Shown here piece after piece: positions 28,801 to 42,100 of a stretch of DNA of 64,000 nucleotides. Position numbers and translations under genes: made by a program. This DNA is from Eledone cirrhosa. Taxonomy: Eukaryota. Under the pieces are notes generated by a model, which worked only from the letters and a program-made list of their open reading frames with translations, did not search any database and was not told the DNA's origin. Each line of letters starts with the position of its first letter. The stretch's first letter is position 1. Where the stretch lies: NCBI GenBank assembly GCA_964016885.1, contig OZ024744.1:19282001-19346000 (forward strand), written 5' to 3'.

Positions 28801-31800
28801 TATGTCTGTGTCACTGTGAATGCCACTGTATTTTTGTGTATGTCTGTGTCACTGTGTGTGTCACTGTGTATGTCACTGTATGCTTCTGTATGTCTGTGTC
28901 ACTGTGTATGTCACTGTGTGTTTCTGTATGTCTGTGTCACTGTGTATGTCACTGTATGTTTTTGTATGTCTGTGTCACTGTGTATGTCACTGTATGTTTT
29001 TGTATGTCTGTGTCACTGTGTATGTCACTGTGTGTTTATGTATGTCTGTGTCACTGTGTATGTCACTGTATCTTTGTGTATGGCTGTGTCACTGTGTATG
29101 TCACTGTGTGTTTGGGTATGTCTGTGTCACTGTGTATTTGTGTATGGCTGTGCCACTGTGTATGTCACTGTATGTTGTGTATGTTTGTGTCACTGTGTAT
29201 GTCACTGTATTTTTGTGTATGTCTGTGTCACCGTGTATGTCACTGTATATTTGTGTATGTCTGTGTCACTGTGTATGTCACTGTATCTTTGTGTATGTCT
29301 GTGTCACCGTGTATGTCACTGTATATGTGTGTATGTCTATGGCACTATGTATGTCATTGTGTGTTTCTGTATGTCTGTGTCACTGTCTATGTCACTGTAT
29401 CTTTGTGTATGTATGTGTCACTGTGTATGTCACTGGGTGTTTCTGTATGTCTGTGTCACTCTGTATATCACTGTATCTTTGTGTATGTCTGTGTCACCGT
29501 GTATGCCATTGTATCTTTGTGTATGTCTATGTCACTGTGTATGTCACTGTATATTTGTGTATGTCTGTGTCACTGTGTATGTCACTGTGTGTTTCTGTAT
29601 GTCTGTGTCAAGGTGTATGTCACTGTATGTTTGTGTATGTCTGTGTCACTGTGTATGTCACTGTGAGATTATGTATGTCTGAGGCACTGTGTATGTCACA
29701 GTGTGTTTCTGTATGTCTGTGTCACTGTGTATGTCACTGTATGTCTCTGTATGTCTGTGTCACTGTCTATGTCACTGTATCGTTGTGAATGTCTGTGTCA
29801 CTGTGTATGTCACTGTGTGTTTCTCAATGTATGTGTCACTGTGTATGTCACTGTGTGTTTCTGTATATCTGTGTCTCTGTGTATGTCACTGTATCTGTGT
29901 GTATGTCTGTGTCACTGTGTATGTCACTGTATATGTGTGTATGTATGTGTCACTGTGTATGTCTGTGTCACTGTGTATGTCACTGTGTGTTTCTGTATGT
30001 ATGTGTCACTGTGTATGTAACTGTATATTTGTGTATGTTTGTGTCACTGTGTATGTCACTGTCTGTTTATGTATGTCTGTGTCACTGTTTGTGTCACTGT
30101 GTGTTTCTGTATGCCTGTGTCTCTGTGTATGTCAATGTGTCTTTGTATATGTCTGTGTCACGGCGTATGTCACTGTATGTTTGTGTATGTCTGTGTCACT
30201 GTGTATGTCACTGTGTGTTTCTGTATGTCTGTATCACTGTGCATATCACTGTATGTTTGTGTATGCCTGTGTCACTGTGTATGTCAATGTATGTCTCTGT
30301 ATGTCTGTGTCACTGTGTATGTCACTGTATCTTTGTGTGTGTCTGTGTCACTGTGTATGTCACTGTATCTTTGTGTGTGTCTGTGTCACTGTGTATGTCA
30401 CCCTATGTTTGTGTATGTCTGTGTCACTGTGTATGTCACTGTATGTTTCTGTATGTCTGTGTCACTGTGTATGTCAATGTGTGTTTCTGTATCTCTGTGT
30501 CACGGCGTATGTCACTGTATGTTTGTGTATGTCTGTGTCAATGTGTATGTCACTGTATGTTTGTGTATGTCTGTGTCACTGTCTATGTCACTGTGTGTTT
30601 CTCTATGTCTGTGTCATTGTGTATGTCACTGTATGTTTCTGTATGTCTGTGTCACTGTGTATATCACTGTGTGTTCCTGTATGTCTGTGTCACTGTGTCT
30701 CTGTGTATGTTTGTGTATGTATGTGTCACCGTGGATGTTACTGTATCTTTGTGTATGTCTGTGTCACTGTGTATGTCACTGTGTGTTTGTGTATGCATGT
30801 GTCACTGTGTATGTCACTGGGTGTTTCTGTGTGTATGTGTCACTCTGTATGTCACTGTATCTTTGTGTATGTCTGTGTCACCGTGTATGTCACTGTATGT
30901 TTGTGTATGTCTGTGTCACTGTGTATGTCATTGTGAGTTTCTGTATGTCTGTGTCACTGTGTATGTCACTGTGTGTTTCTGTATGTCTGTGTCACTGTGT
31001 ATGTCACTGTATCTTTGTGTATGTCTGTGTCACTGTATATGTCACTGTGTGTTTCTGTATGTCTGTGTCACTGTGTATGTCACTGTGTGTTTCTGTATGT
31101 CTGTGTCACGGTGTATGTCACTGTATGTTTGTGTATGCCTGTGTCACTCTTATATCAATGAATGTTTCTGTATGTCTATGTCTCTGTGTATGTCACTGTA
31201 TCTTTGTGTATGTCTGTGGCACTCTGTATGTCATTGTGTGTTTCTGTATGTCTGTGTCACTGTCTATGTCACTGTATCTTTGTGTATGTCTGTGTCACTG
31301 TGTATGTCACTGTGTGTTTGTGTATGCCTGTGTCACTGTGTATGTCACTGTATGTTTATGTATGCCTGTGTCACTGTGTATATCAATGTATGTTTCTGTA
31401 TGTCTATGTCTCTGTATGTCACTGTATCTTTGTGTATGACTGTGTCACTGTGTATGTCACTGTGTGTTTGTGTGTGTCTGTGTCACTGTGTATGTCACTG
31501 TATGTTTCTCTATGTCTGTGTCACTGTGTATGTCACTGTATGTTTCTGTATGTCGGTGTCACTGTGTATGTCACTGTATGTTTATGTATGTCTGTGTCAC
31601 GGTGTATGTCACTGTATGTTTGTGTATGTATGTGTCACTGTGTATGTCACTGTATGTTTCTGTATGTCTGTGTCACTGTGTATGTTACTGTATCTTTGTG
31701 TATGTCTGTGTCACTGTGTATGTCACTGGGTGTTTCTGTATGTCTGTGTCACTGTGTATCTCGCTGTGTGTTTCTGTATGTCTGTGTATCTGTGTATGTC

Positions 31801-34800
31801 ACTGTATCTTTGTGTATGTCTGTGTCACTATGTATGTCACTGTGTGTTTCTGTATGTCTGTGTCACTGTGTATGTCACTGTATGTTTCTGTATGTCTGTG
31901 TCACTGTGTATGTCACTGTATGTTTGTGTGTGTCTGTGTCACTGTGTATGTCACTGTGTTTTTGCGTGTGTCTGTATCACTGTGTATGTCACTGTGTGTT
32001 TGTGTATGTATGTGTCACTGTGTATGTCACTGTGTGTTTCTGTATGTCTGTGTCACTGTGTATGTTACTGTGTGTTTCTGTATGTCTGTGTCACTGTGTA
32101 TGTCACTGGGTGTTTCTGTATGTCTGTGTCACTGTGTATCTCGCTGTGTGTTTCTGTATGTCTGTGTATCTGTGTATGTCACTGTATCTTTGTGTATGTC
32201 TGTGTCACTATGTATGGCACTGTGTGTTTCTGTATGTCTGTGTCACTGTGTATGTCAATATGTTTGTATGTATTTGTGTCACTGTGTATGTCACTGTATG
32301 TTTCTGTATGTATGTGTCACTGTGTATGTCACTGTATGTTTGTGTGTGTCTGTGTCACTGTGTATGTCACTGTGTTTTTGCGTGTGTCTGTGTCACTGTG
32401 TATGTTACTGTGTGTTTGTGTATGTATGTGTCACTGTGTATGTCATTGTGTGTTTCTGTATGTCTGTGTCACTGTGTATGTCACTGTATGTTTGTGTGTG
32501 TCTGTGTCACTGTGGATGTCACTGTGTGTTTCTGTATGTCTGTGTCACTGTGTATGTCATTGTGTGTTTCTGTATGTCTGTGCGACTGTGTATGTCACTG
32601 TATGTTTCAGTATGTCGGTGTCACTGTGTATGTCACTGTATTTTTGTGTATGTCTGTATCACTGTGTATGTCACAGTATGTTTCTGTATGTCTGTGTCAC
32701 TGTGTATGTCAATGTGTGTTTCTGTATGTCTGTGTCACGGTGTATGTCACTGTATGTTTGTGTATGTATGTGTCACTGTGTATGTCACTGTATGTTTCTG
32801 TATGTCTGTGTCACTGTGTATGTCACTGGGTGTTTCTGTATGTCTGTGTCACTGTGTATCTCGCTGTGTGTTTCTGTATGTCTTTGTATCTGTGTATGTC
32901 ACTGTATGTTTGTGTATGTCTGTGTCACTGTATCTTTGTGTGTGTCTGTGTCACTGTGTATGTCACTGTATCTTTGTGTGTGTCTGTGTCACTGTGTATG
33001 TCACCCTATGTTTGTGTATGTCTGTGTCACTGTGTATGTCACTGTATGTTTCTGTATGTCTGTGTCAATGTGTATGCCAATGTGTGTTTCTGTATCTCTG
33101 TGTCACGGCGTATGTCACTGTATGTTTGTGTATGTCTGTGTCACTGTCTATGTCACTGTGTGTTTCTGTATGTCTGTGTCATTGTGTACGTCACTGTATG
33201 TTTCTGTATGTCTGTGTCACTGTGTATATCACTGTGTGTTCCTGTATGTCTGTGTCACTGTGTCTCTGTGTATGTTTGTGTATGTCTGTGTCACTGTGTA
33301 TGTCACTGTATCTTTGTGTATGTATGTGTCACCGTGGATGTCACTGTATCTTTGTGTATGTCTGTGTCAGTGTCAATGTCACTGTATCTTTGTGTATGTC
33401 TGTGTCACTGTGTATGTCACTGTGTGTTTGTGTATGCATGTGTCACTGTGTATGTCACTGGGTGTTTCTGTGTGTCTGTGTCACTCTGTATGTCACTGTA
33501 TCTTTGTGTATGTCTGTGTCACCGTGTATGTCACTGTATCTGTGTGTATGTATGTGTCACTGTGTATGTTACTTTGTGTTTCTGTATGTCTGTGTCACGG
33601 TGTATGTCACTGTATGTTTGTGTATGTCTGTGTCACTGTGTATGTCATTGTGAGTTTATGTATGTCTGTGTCACTGTGTAAGTCACTGTGTGTTTCTGTA
33701 TGTTTGTGTCACTGTGTATGTCACTGTATCTTTGTGTATGTCTGTGTCACTGTGTATGTCACTGTGTGTTTCTGTATGTCTATGTCTCTGTGTATGTCAC
33801 TGTATCTTTGTGTATGTCTGTGGCACTTTGTATGTCATTGTGTGTTTCTGTATGTCTGTGTCACTGTCTATGTCACTGTATATTTGTGTATGTCTGTGTC
33901 ACTGTGTATGTCACTGTGTGTTTGTGTATGCCTGTGTCACTGTGTATGTCACTGTGTGTTTCTGTATGTCTGTGTCACTGTGTATGTCACTGGGTGTTTC
34001 TCTATGTCTGTGTCACTTTGTATGTCACTGTATCTTTGTGTATATCTGTGTCACCGTGTATGTCACTGTATCTTTGTGTATGTATGTGTCACTGTGTATG
34101 TCACTGTGTGTTTCTGTATGTCTGTGTCTCTGTGTATGTCACTGTATCTATGTGTATGTCTGTGTCACTGTGTATGTCACTGTGTCTTTGTGTATGTGTG
34201 TGTCACCATGTAAGTAATTTATCTTTGTGTATATCTGTCACTGTGTATATCAATGTATGTTTATGTATGCCTGTGTCACTGTGTATATCAATGTATGTTT
34301 CTGTATGTCTATGTCTCTGTATGTCACTGTATCTTTGTGTATGACTGTGTCAATGTGTATGTTACTGTGTGTTTGTGTGTGTCTGTGTCACTGTGTATGT
34401 CACTGTATGTTTCTCTATGTCTGTGTCACTGTGTATGTAACTGTATGTTTCTGCATGTCTGTGCCACTGTGTATGTCACTGTATGTTTCTGTATGTCGGT
34501 GTCACTGTGTATGTCAATGTGTGTTTGTGTATGTATGTGTCACTGTGTATGTCACTGTATGTTTATGTATGTCTGTGTCACTGTGTATGTTACTGTATGT
34601 TTCTGTATGTCTGTGTCACTGTGTATGTCACTGGGTGTTTCTGTATGTCTGTGTCACTGTGTATCTCGCTGTGTGTTTCTGTATGTCTGTGTATCTGTGT
34701 ATGTCACTGTATATTTGTGTATGTCTGTGTCACTATGTATGTCACTGTGTGTTTCTGTATGTCTGTGTCACTGTGTATGTCACTGTATGTTTCTGTATGT

Positions 34801-36155
34801 CTGTGTCACTGTGTATGTCAATGTGTTTGTATGTGTTTGTGTCACTGTGTATGTCACTGTATGTTTCTGTATGTCTGTGTCACTGTGTATGTCACTGTAT
34901 GTTTGTGTGTGTCTGTGTCACTGTGTATGTCACTGTGTTTTTGCGTGTGTCTGTGTCACTGTGTATGTCACTGTGTGTTTGTGTATGTATGTGTCACTGT
35001 GTATGTCACTGTGTGTTTCTGTATGTCTGTGTCACTGTGTATGTCACTGTGTGTTTCTGTATGTCTGTGCCACTGTGTATGTCACTGTATGTTTTTGTAT
35101 GTCTGTGTCACTGTGTATGTCACTGTATGTTTTGGTATGTCTGTGTCACTGTGTATGTCACTGTGTTTATGTATGTCTGAGTCACTGTGTATGTCACTGT
35201 ATGTTTGTGTATGTCTGTGTCACCGTGTATGTCACTGTATATTTGTGTATGTCTGTGTCACTGTGTATGTCACTGTATCTTTGTGTATGTCTGTGTCACC
35301 GTGTATGTCACTGTATATTTGTGTATGTCAGTGGCACTATGTATGTCATTGTGTGTTTCTGTATGTCTGTGTCACTCTCTATGTCACTGTATCTTTGTGT
35401 ATGTCTGTGACACTGTGTATGTCACTGTGTTTTTGCGTGTGTCTGTGTCACTGTGTATGTCACTGTGTGTTTTTGTATGTCTGTGTCACTGTGTATGTCA
35501 CTGTGTGTTTCTGTATGTCTGTGTCACTGTGTATGTCACTGTATGTTTGTGTGTGTCTGTGTCACTGTGTATGTCACTGTGTTTTTGCGTGTGTCTGTGT
35601 CACTGTGTATGTCACTGTGTGTTTCTGTATGTATGTGTCACTGTGTATGTAACTGTATATTTGTGTATGTTTGTGTCACTGTGTATGTCACTGTCTGTTT
35701 ATGTATGTCTGTGTAACTGTTTGTGTCACTGTGTGTTTCTGTATGCCTGTGTCTCTGTTTATGTCAATGTGTCTTTGTATATGTCTGTGTCACGGCGTAT
35801 GTCACTGTATGTTTGTGTATGTCTGTGTCACTGTGTATGTCACTGTGTGTTTCTGTATGTCTGTGTCACTGTGTATATCACTGGATGTTTGGGTATGCCT
35901 GTGTCACTGTGTATGTCAATGTATGTCTCTGTATGTCTGTGTCTCTGTGTATGTCAATGTAACTTTGTGTGTGTCTGTGCCACTGTGTATGTCACTGTAT
36001 CTTTGTGTGTGTCTGTATCACTGTGTATGTCACTGTATCTTTGTGTGTGTCTGTGTCACTATGTTTGTGTATGTCTGTGTCACTGTGTATGTCACTGTAT
36101 GTTTCTGTATGTCTGTGTCACTGTGTATGTCAATGTGTGTTTCTGTATATCTGTG
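1870..36155 (+). repeat. 17.2-kb higher-order tandem duplication (copy 1 ~1,870-19,086; copy 2 ~19,087-36,155)
   Basis: ORFs and rare variant monomers recur at offsets of 17,217 (2823/20040, 5256/22473), 17,256 (9208/26464), 17,219 (12570/29789, 13943/31162) and 17,067 (17160/34227). Confidence 0.92.
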
Positions 36156-39100
36156 TCACGGCGTATGTCACTGTATGTTTGTGTATGTCTGTGTCACTGT
36201 GTATGTCACTGTGTGTTTCTGTATGTCTGTGTCATTGTGTATGTCACTGTATGTTTCTGTATGTCTGTGTCACTGTGTATATCACTGTGTATATCACTGT
36301 GTGTTCCTGTATGTCTGTGTCACTGTGTCTCTGTGTATGTTTCTGTATGTCTGTGTCACTGTGTATGTCACTGTATCTTTGTGTATGTATGTGTCACCGT
36401 GGATGTCACTGTATCTTTGTGTATGTCTGTGTCACTGTCAATGTCACTGTATCTTTGTGTATGTCTGTGTCACTGTGTATGTCACTGTGTGTTTGTGTAT
36501 GCATGTGTCAATGTGTATGTCACTGGGTGTTTCTGTGTGTCTGTGTCACTCTGTATGTCACTGTATCTTTGTGTATGTCTGTGTCACCGTGTATGTCACT
36601 GTATCTTTGTGTATGTATGTGTCACTGTGTATGTCACTTTGTGTTTCTGTATGTCTGTGTCACGGTGTATGTCATTGTATGTTTGTGTATGTCATTGTGA
36701 GTTTCTGTATGTCATTGTGAGTTTCTGTATGTCTGTGTCACTGTGTATGTCACTGTGTGTTTCTGTATGTCTGTGTCACTGTGTATGTCATTGTGTGTTT
36801 GTGTATGCCTGTGTCTGTGTATGTCACTGTATCTTTGTGTATGTCTGTGGCACTCTGTATGTCATTGTGTGTTTCTGTATGTCTGTGTCACTGTCTATGT
36901 CACTGTATCTTTGTGTATGTCTGTGTCACTGTGTATGTCACTGTGTGTTTGTGTATGCCTGTGTCACTGTGTATGTCACTGTGTGTTTCTGTATGTCTGT
37001 GTCACTGTGTATGTCACTGGGTGTTTCTCTATGTCTGTGTCACTTTGTATGTCACTGTATCTTTGTGTATGTATGTGTCACTGTGTAAGTCATTGTATCT
37101 TTGTGTATGTCAGTGGCACTCTGTATGTCATTGTGTGTTTCTATATGTCTGTGTCACTGTGTATGTCACTGTGTGTTTCTGTATGTCTGTGTCTCTGTGT
37201 ATGTCACTGTATCTCTGTGTATGTCTGTGTCACTGTGTATGTCACTGTGTGTTTGTGTATGCCTGTGTGACTGTGTATTTCACTGTTTGTTTCTTTATGT
37301 CTGTGTCACTGTGCATGTCACTGGGTGTTTCTGTATGTCTGTGTCACTCTGTATGTCAATGTATCTTTGTGTATGTCTCTGTCACCGTGTATGTCACTGT
37401 GTCTTTGTGTATGTGTGTGTCACCATGTAAGTAACTTATCTTTGTGTATGTCTGTGTCACTGTGTATGTCGCTGTGTCTTTCTGTATGTCTGTGTATCTG
37501 TGTATGTCACTGTATCTTTGTGGATGTCTGTGTCACCGTGTATGTCACTGTATCTTTGTGTATGCTTATGTCACCGTGTATGTCACTCTGTGTTTCTGTA
37601 TGTCGGTGTCACCGTGTATGTCACTGTATATTTGTGTATGTCTGTGTCGCGGTGTATGTCACTGTATCTTTGTGTATGTCTGTGTCACAGTGTATGTCAC
37701 TGTATGTTTCTGTATGTCTGTCACTGTGTATATCAATGTATGTTTATGTATGCATGTGTCACTGTGTATATCAATGTATGTTTCTGTATGTCTGTGCCAC
37801 TGTGTATGTCACTGTATGTTTCTGTATGTCGGTGTCACTTTGTATGTCAATGTGTGTTTCTGTATGTCTGTGTCACGGTGTATGTCACTGTATGTTTGTG
37901 TATATATGTGTCACTGTGTATGTCACTGTATGTTTCTGTATGTCTGTGTCACAGTGTATGTTACTGTGTGTTTCTGTATGTCTGTGTCACTGTGTATGTC
38001 ACTGGGTTTTTTCTGTATGTCTGTGTCACTGTGTATCTCGCTGTGTGTTTCTGTATGTCTGTGTATCTGTGTATGTCACTGTATCTTTGTGTATGTCTGT
38101 GTCACTATGTATGTCACTGTGTGTTTCTGTATGTCTGTGTCACTGTGTATGTCACTGTATGTTTCTGTATGTCTGTGTCACTGTGTATGTCAATGTGTTT
38201 GTATGTGTTTGTGTCACTGTGTATGTCACTGTATGTTTCTGTATGTCTGTGTCACTGTGTATGTCACTGTATGTTTGTGTGTGTCTGTGTCACTGTGTAT
38301 GTCACTGTGTGTTTGTGTATGTATGTGTCACTGTGTATGTCAATGTGTGTTTCTGTATGTCTGTGTCACTGTGTATGTCATTGTGTGTTTCTGTATATCT
38401 GTGTCACAGTGTATGTCACTGTATGTTTTTGTATGTCTGTGTCACTGTGTATGCCACTGTATTTTTGTGTATGTCTGTGTCACTGTGTGTGTCACTGTGT
38501 ATGTCACTGTATGTTTCTGTATGCCTGTGTCACTGTGTATGTCACTGTGTGTTTCTGTATGTCAGTGTCACTGTGTATGTCACTGTATGTTTTTGTATGT
38601 CTGTGTCACTGTGTATGTCACTGTATGTTTTTGTATGTCTGTGTCACTGTGTATGTCACTGTGTGTTTATGTATGTCTGTGTCACTGTGTATGTCACTGT
38701 ATCTTTGTGTATGGCTGTGTCACTGTGTATGTCACTGTATGTTTGTGTATGTCTGTGTCACTGTGTATGTCACTCTATGTTTCTCTATGTCTGTGTCACT
38801 GTGTATGTCACTGTACTTTTGTGTATGTCTGTGTCACCGTGTATGTCACTGTATATTTGTGTATGTCTGTGTCACTGTGTATGTCACTGTATATTTGTGT
38901 ATGTCTGTGTCACCGTGTATGTCACTGTATATTTGTGTATGTCTGTGGCACTATGTATGTCATTGTGTGTTTCTGTATGTCTGTGTCACTGGCTATGTCA
39001 CTGTATCTTTGTGTATGCCTGTGTCACTGTGTATGTCACTGTGGTTTTGCGTGTGTCTGTGTCACTGTGTATGTCAGTGTGTGTTTGTGTATGTATGTGT

Positions 39101-42100
39101 CACTGTGTATGTCACTGTGTGTTTCTGTATGTCTGTGTCACTGTGTATGTCACTGTGTGTTTCTGTATGTCTGTGTCACTGTGTATGTCACTGTATGTTT
39201 GTGTGTGTCTGTGTCACTGTGTATGTCACTGTGTTTTTGCGTGTGTCTGTGTCACTGTGTATGCCACTGTGTGTTTGTGTATGTATGTGTCACTGTGTAT
39301 GTCACTGTGTGTTTCTGTATGTCTGTGTCGCTGTGTATGTCACTGTGTGTTTCTGTATGTCTGTGTCACTGTGTATGTCACTGTATGTTTTTGTATGTCT
39401 GTGTCACTGTGAATGTCACTGTATTTTTGTGTATGTCTGTGTCACTGTGTGTGTCACTGTGTATGTCACTGTATGCTTATGTATGTCTGTGTCACAGTGT
39501 ATGTCACTGTGTGTTTCTGTATGTCTGTGTCACTGTGTATGTCACTGTATGTTTTTGTATGTCTGTGTCACTGTGTATGTCACTGTATGTTTTTGTATGT
39601 CTGTGTCACTGTGTATGTCACTGTGTGTTTATGTATGTCTGTGTCACTGTGTATGTCACTGTATCTTTGTGTATGGCTATGTCACTGTGTATGTCACTGT
39701 GTGTTTGGGTATGTCTGTGTCACTGTGTATGTCACTGTGTATTTATGTATGGCTGTGGCACTATGTATGTCATTGTGTGTTTCTGTATGTCTGTGTCACT
39801 GGCTATGTCACTGTATCTTTGTGTATGCCTGTGTCACTGTGTATGTCACTGTGGTTTTGCGTGTGTCTGTGTCACTGTGTATGTCAGTGTGTGTTTGTGT
39901 ATGTATGTGTCACTGTGTATGTCACTGTGTGTTTGTGTATGTATGTGTCACTGTGTATGTCACTGTGTGTTTCTGTATGTCTGTGTCACTGTGTATGTCA
40001 CTGTGTGTTTCTGTATGTCTGTGCCACTGTGTATGTCACTGTATGTTTTTGTATGTCTGTGTCACTGTGTATGTCACTGTATGTTTTGGTATGTCTGTGT
40101 CACTGTGTATGTCACTGTGTTTATGTATGTCTGAGTCACTGTGTATGTCACTGTATGTTTGTGTATGTCTGTGTCACCGTGTATGTCACTGTATATTTGT
40201 GTATGTCTGTGTCACTGTGTATGTCACTGTATCTTTGTGTATGTCTGTGTCACCGTGTATGTCACTGTATATTTGTGTATGTCAGTGGCACTATGTATGT
40301 CATTGTGTGTTTCTGTATGTCTGTGTCACTCTCTATGTCACTGTATCTTTGTGTATGTCTGTGACACTGTGTATGTCACTGTGTTTTTGCGTGTGTCTGT
40401 GTCACTGTGTATGTCACTGTGTGTTTTTGTATGTCTGTGTCACTGTGTATGTCACTGTGTGTTTCTGTATGTCTGTGTCACTGTGTATGTCACTGTATGT
40501 TTGTGTGTGTCTGTGTCACTGTGTATGTCACTGTGTTTTTGCGTGTGTCTGTGTCACTGTGTATGTCACTGTGTGTTTCTGTATGTATGTGTCACTGTGT
40601 ATGTAACTGTATATTTGTGTATGTTTGTGTCACTGTGTATGTCACTGTCTGTTTATGTATGTCTGTGTAACTGTTTGTGTCACTGTGTGTTTCTGTATGC
40701 CTGTGTCTCTGTTTATGTCAATGTGTCTTTGTATATGTCTGTGTCACGGCGTATGTCACTGTATGTTTGTGTATGTCTGTGTCACTGTGTATGTCACTGT
40801 GTGTTTCTGTATGTCTGTGTCACTGTGTATATCACTGGATGTTTGGGTATGCCTGTGTCACTGTGTATGTCAATGTATGTCTCTGTATGTCTGTGTCTCT
40901 GTGTATGTCAATGTAACTTTGTGTGTGTCTGTGCCACTGTGTATGTCACTGTATCTTTGTGTGTGTCTGTATCACTGTGTATGTCACTGTATCTTTGTGT
41001 GTGTCTGTGTCACTATGTTTGTGTATGTCTGTGTCACTGTGTATGTCACTGTATGTTTCTGTATGTCTGTGTCACTGTGTATGTCAATGTGTGTTTCTGT
41101 ATATCTGTGTCACGGCGTATGTCACTGTATGTTTGTGTATGTCTGTGTCACTGTGTATGTCACTGTGTGTTTCTGTATGTCTGTGTCATTGTGTATGTCA
41201 CTGTATGTTTCTGTATGTCTGTGTCACTGTGTATATCACTGTGTATATCACTGTGTGTTCCTGTATGTCTGTGTCACTGTGTCTCTGTGTATGTTTCTGT
41301 ATGTCTGTGTCACTGTGTATGTCACTGTATCTTTGTGTATGTATGTGTCACCGTGGATGTCACTGTATCTTTGTGTATGTCTGTGTCACTGTCAATGTCA
41401 CTGTATCTTTGTGTATGTCTGTGTCACTGTGTATGTCACTGTGTGTTTGTGTATGCATGTGTCAATGTGTATGTCACTGGGTGTTTCTGTGTGTCTGTGT
41501 CACTCTGTATGTCACTGTATCTTTGTGTATGTCTGTGTCACCGTGTATGTCACTGTATCTTTGTGTATGTATGTGTCACTGTGTATGTCACTTTGTGTTT
41601 CTGTATGTCTGTGTCACGGTGTATGTCATTGTATGTTTGTGTATGTCATTGTGAGTTTCTGTATGTCATTGTGAGTTTCTGTATGTCTGTGTCACTGTGT
41701 ATGTCACTGTGTGTTTCTGTATGTCTGTGTCACTGTGTATGTCATTGTGTGTTTGTGTATGCCTGTGTCTGTGTATGTCACTGTATCTTTGTGTATGTCT
41801 GTGGCACTCTGTATGTCATTGTGTGTTTCTGTATGTCTGTGTCACTGTCTATGTCACTGTATCTTTGTGTATGTCTGTGTCACTGTGTATGTCACTGTGT
41901 GTTTGTGTATGCCTGTGTCACTGTGTATGTCACTGTGTGTTTCTGTATGTCTGTGTCACTGTGTATGTCACTGGGTGTTTCTCTATGTCTGTGTCACTTT
42001 GTATGTCACTGTATCTTTGTGTATGTATGTGTCACTGTGTAAGTCATTGTATCTTTGTGTATGTCAGTGGCACTCTGTATGTCATTGTGTGTTTCTATAT

